This document shows, piece after piece, positions 63,190-64,000 of a stretch of 64,000 bases of DNA (the stretch's first letter is position 1; every line of letters begins with the position of its first letter). The stretch lies in the NCBI GenBank assembly GCA_043228905.1, contig JBHGNT010000014.1, positions 1,178,001 through 1,242,000 on the forward strand, given 5' to 3'. The DNA is from Azolla caroliniana. Lineage: Eukaryota > Plantae > Polypodiophyta. The notes under the pieces were generated by a model. That model was not told the origin of the DNA. It saw nothing but the letters and a program-made list of their open reading frames with translations, and made no database searches. The position numbers were made by a program, and so were the translations under genes.

Positions 63190-64000
63190 CATTGATTGGT
63201 TACCGTTTCGAAAGGCCCAAGATCATGATGGATTGGTAGGTGAGCACCTTATCTATGACCATGAAACCTTGCTGCTGTCGCTAGCACACATCTAAAATAG
63301 AGCTATGTGTGAATGTTTCCTTACTAACTGGACAGATATTGCACCAATCTTCAAGTGCAAAGAACCCATGATGCCAAGCAATTATGGGACAATCATGATT
63401 GACCATTACTTGGCTATACTATATAGCTTGATCCTAGAGTCAGAAATAAGTGTATGGCTGGAGAGAAATGGCTGCCGTTCAGCTGGACAGGCAAGTTTAC
63501 ATAAAGGGTTCACAACTTTGGATCACATATTGACCCTCTGATCCCTTATAAAGGACAGAATCCATTAAAAGAGGATTTATTGCTGCTTTATGACATTGTG
63601 CTGATCTTCAACTCTCCGGAGGGACTACGCTCCATGCTCGGCTCATGCAACAGCTAGGATCCCTTGGTGTCCCCATAGATATGCAATGGGGAATCTATAT
63701 GCATTGTATGAATCTGTGGAAGGAAACATGTGATCTCCCAATGGGTTGTCGTGGTTGGAGTAAAACAAGATACTCCTATGTGCTGATCTTCAACTCTCCG
63801 GAGGAACTACGAAGACATCTAAATGCCTTCAAATCATTTTGTAGGGACAAAGAGTTTGCCGGTAAACTTGGATAAAACTACACAAGCATGGGTAATGAGA
63901 TCAGAATCAGAATTCTTCATGGGAGAGGAAAAAGTGGCTTACAGATAGTCCCACATATACCAAGGATTAACGTTCACAGGGCCTTGGTTCTCCTTACAGA
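63190..64000 (+). mobile_element. Decayed non-LTR retrotransposon (LINE) RT fragment inside an intron
   Basis: IAPIFK...PSNYGTIMI...LYSLILE...GQAS..KGFTTLDHILTL, typical of LINE RT domains 1-2. Confidence 0.75.

Overview
Nuclear genomic DNA of a land plant, probably a non-seed plant such as a fern. That placement is an inference from a plastid insertion with unedited ACG/TCA/CCT codons and a Tcn1-type chromovirus. Four host genes are present. (1) An intronless 857-aa RLCK-XI-type kinase whose activation segment carries a ~460-aa insert with ten 14-aa Tyr repeats. (2) A type I (M-alpha) MADS-box gene that probably splices onto a ~390-aa acidic exon. (3) A 7-exon class-3 (mono/diacylglycerol) lipase. 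(4) The 3' part of a NUMOD3-type helical-repeat gene. The rest is mostly transposons: a two-LTR but defective Ty1/copia (889-5957); a nested cluster at 21.2-33.3 kb (copia A containing a hAT MITE and copia B, whose LTR contains a full-length chromovirus); two solo LTRs with target-site duplications (TSDs); MULE, gypsy and LINE remnants; and an rps19-rpl22 plastid insertion (NUPT). The richest object is the chromovirus at 25036-30797. It has a tRNA-independent 11-nt self-primer, a -1 frameshift signal with a stem-loop, a heat-shock-element array, an antisense tRNA-like A/B-box module in U3, and a group I chromodomain. All coordinates, exon models and alignments were read by eye; no database searches were run.
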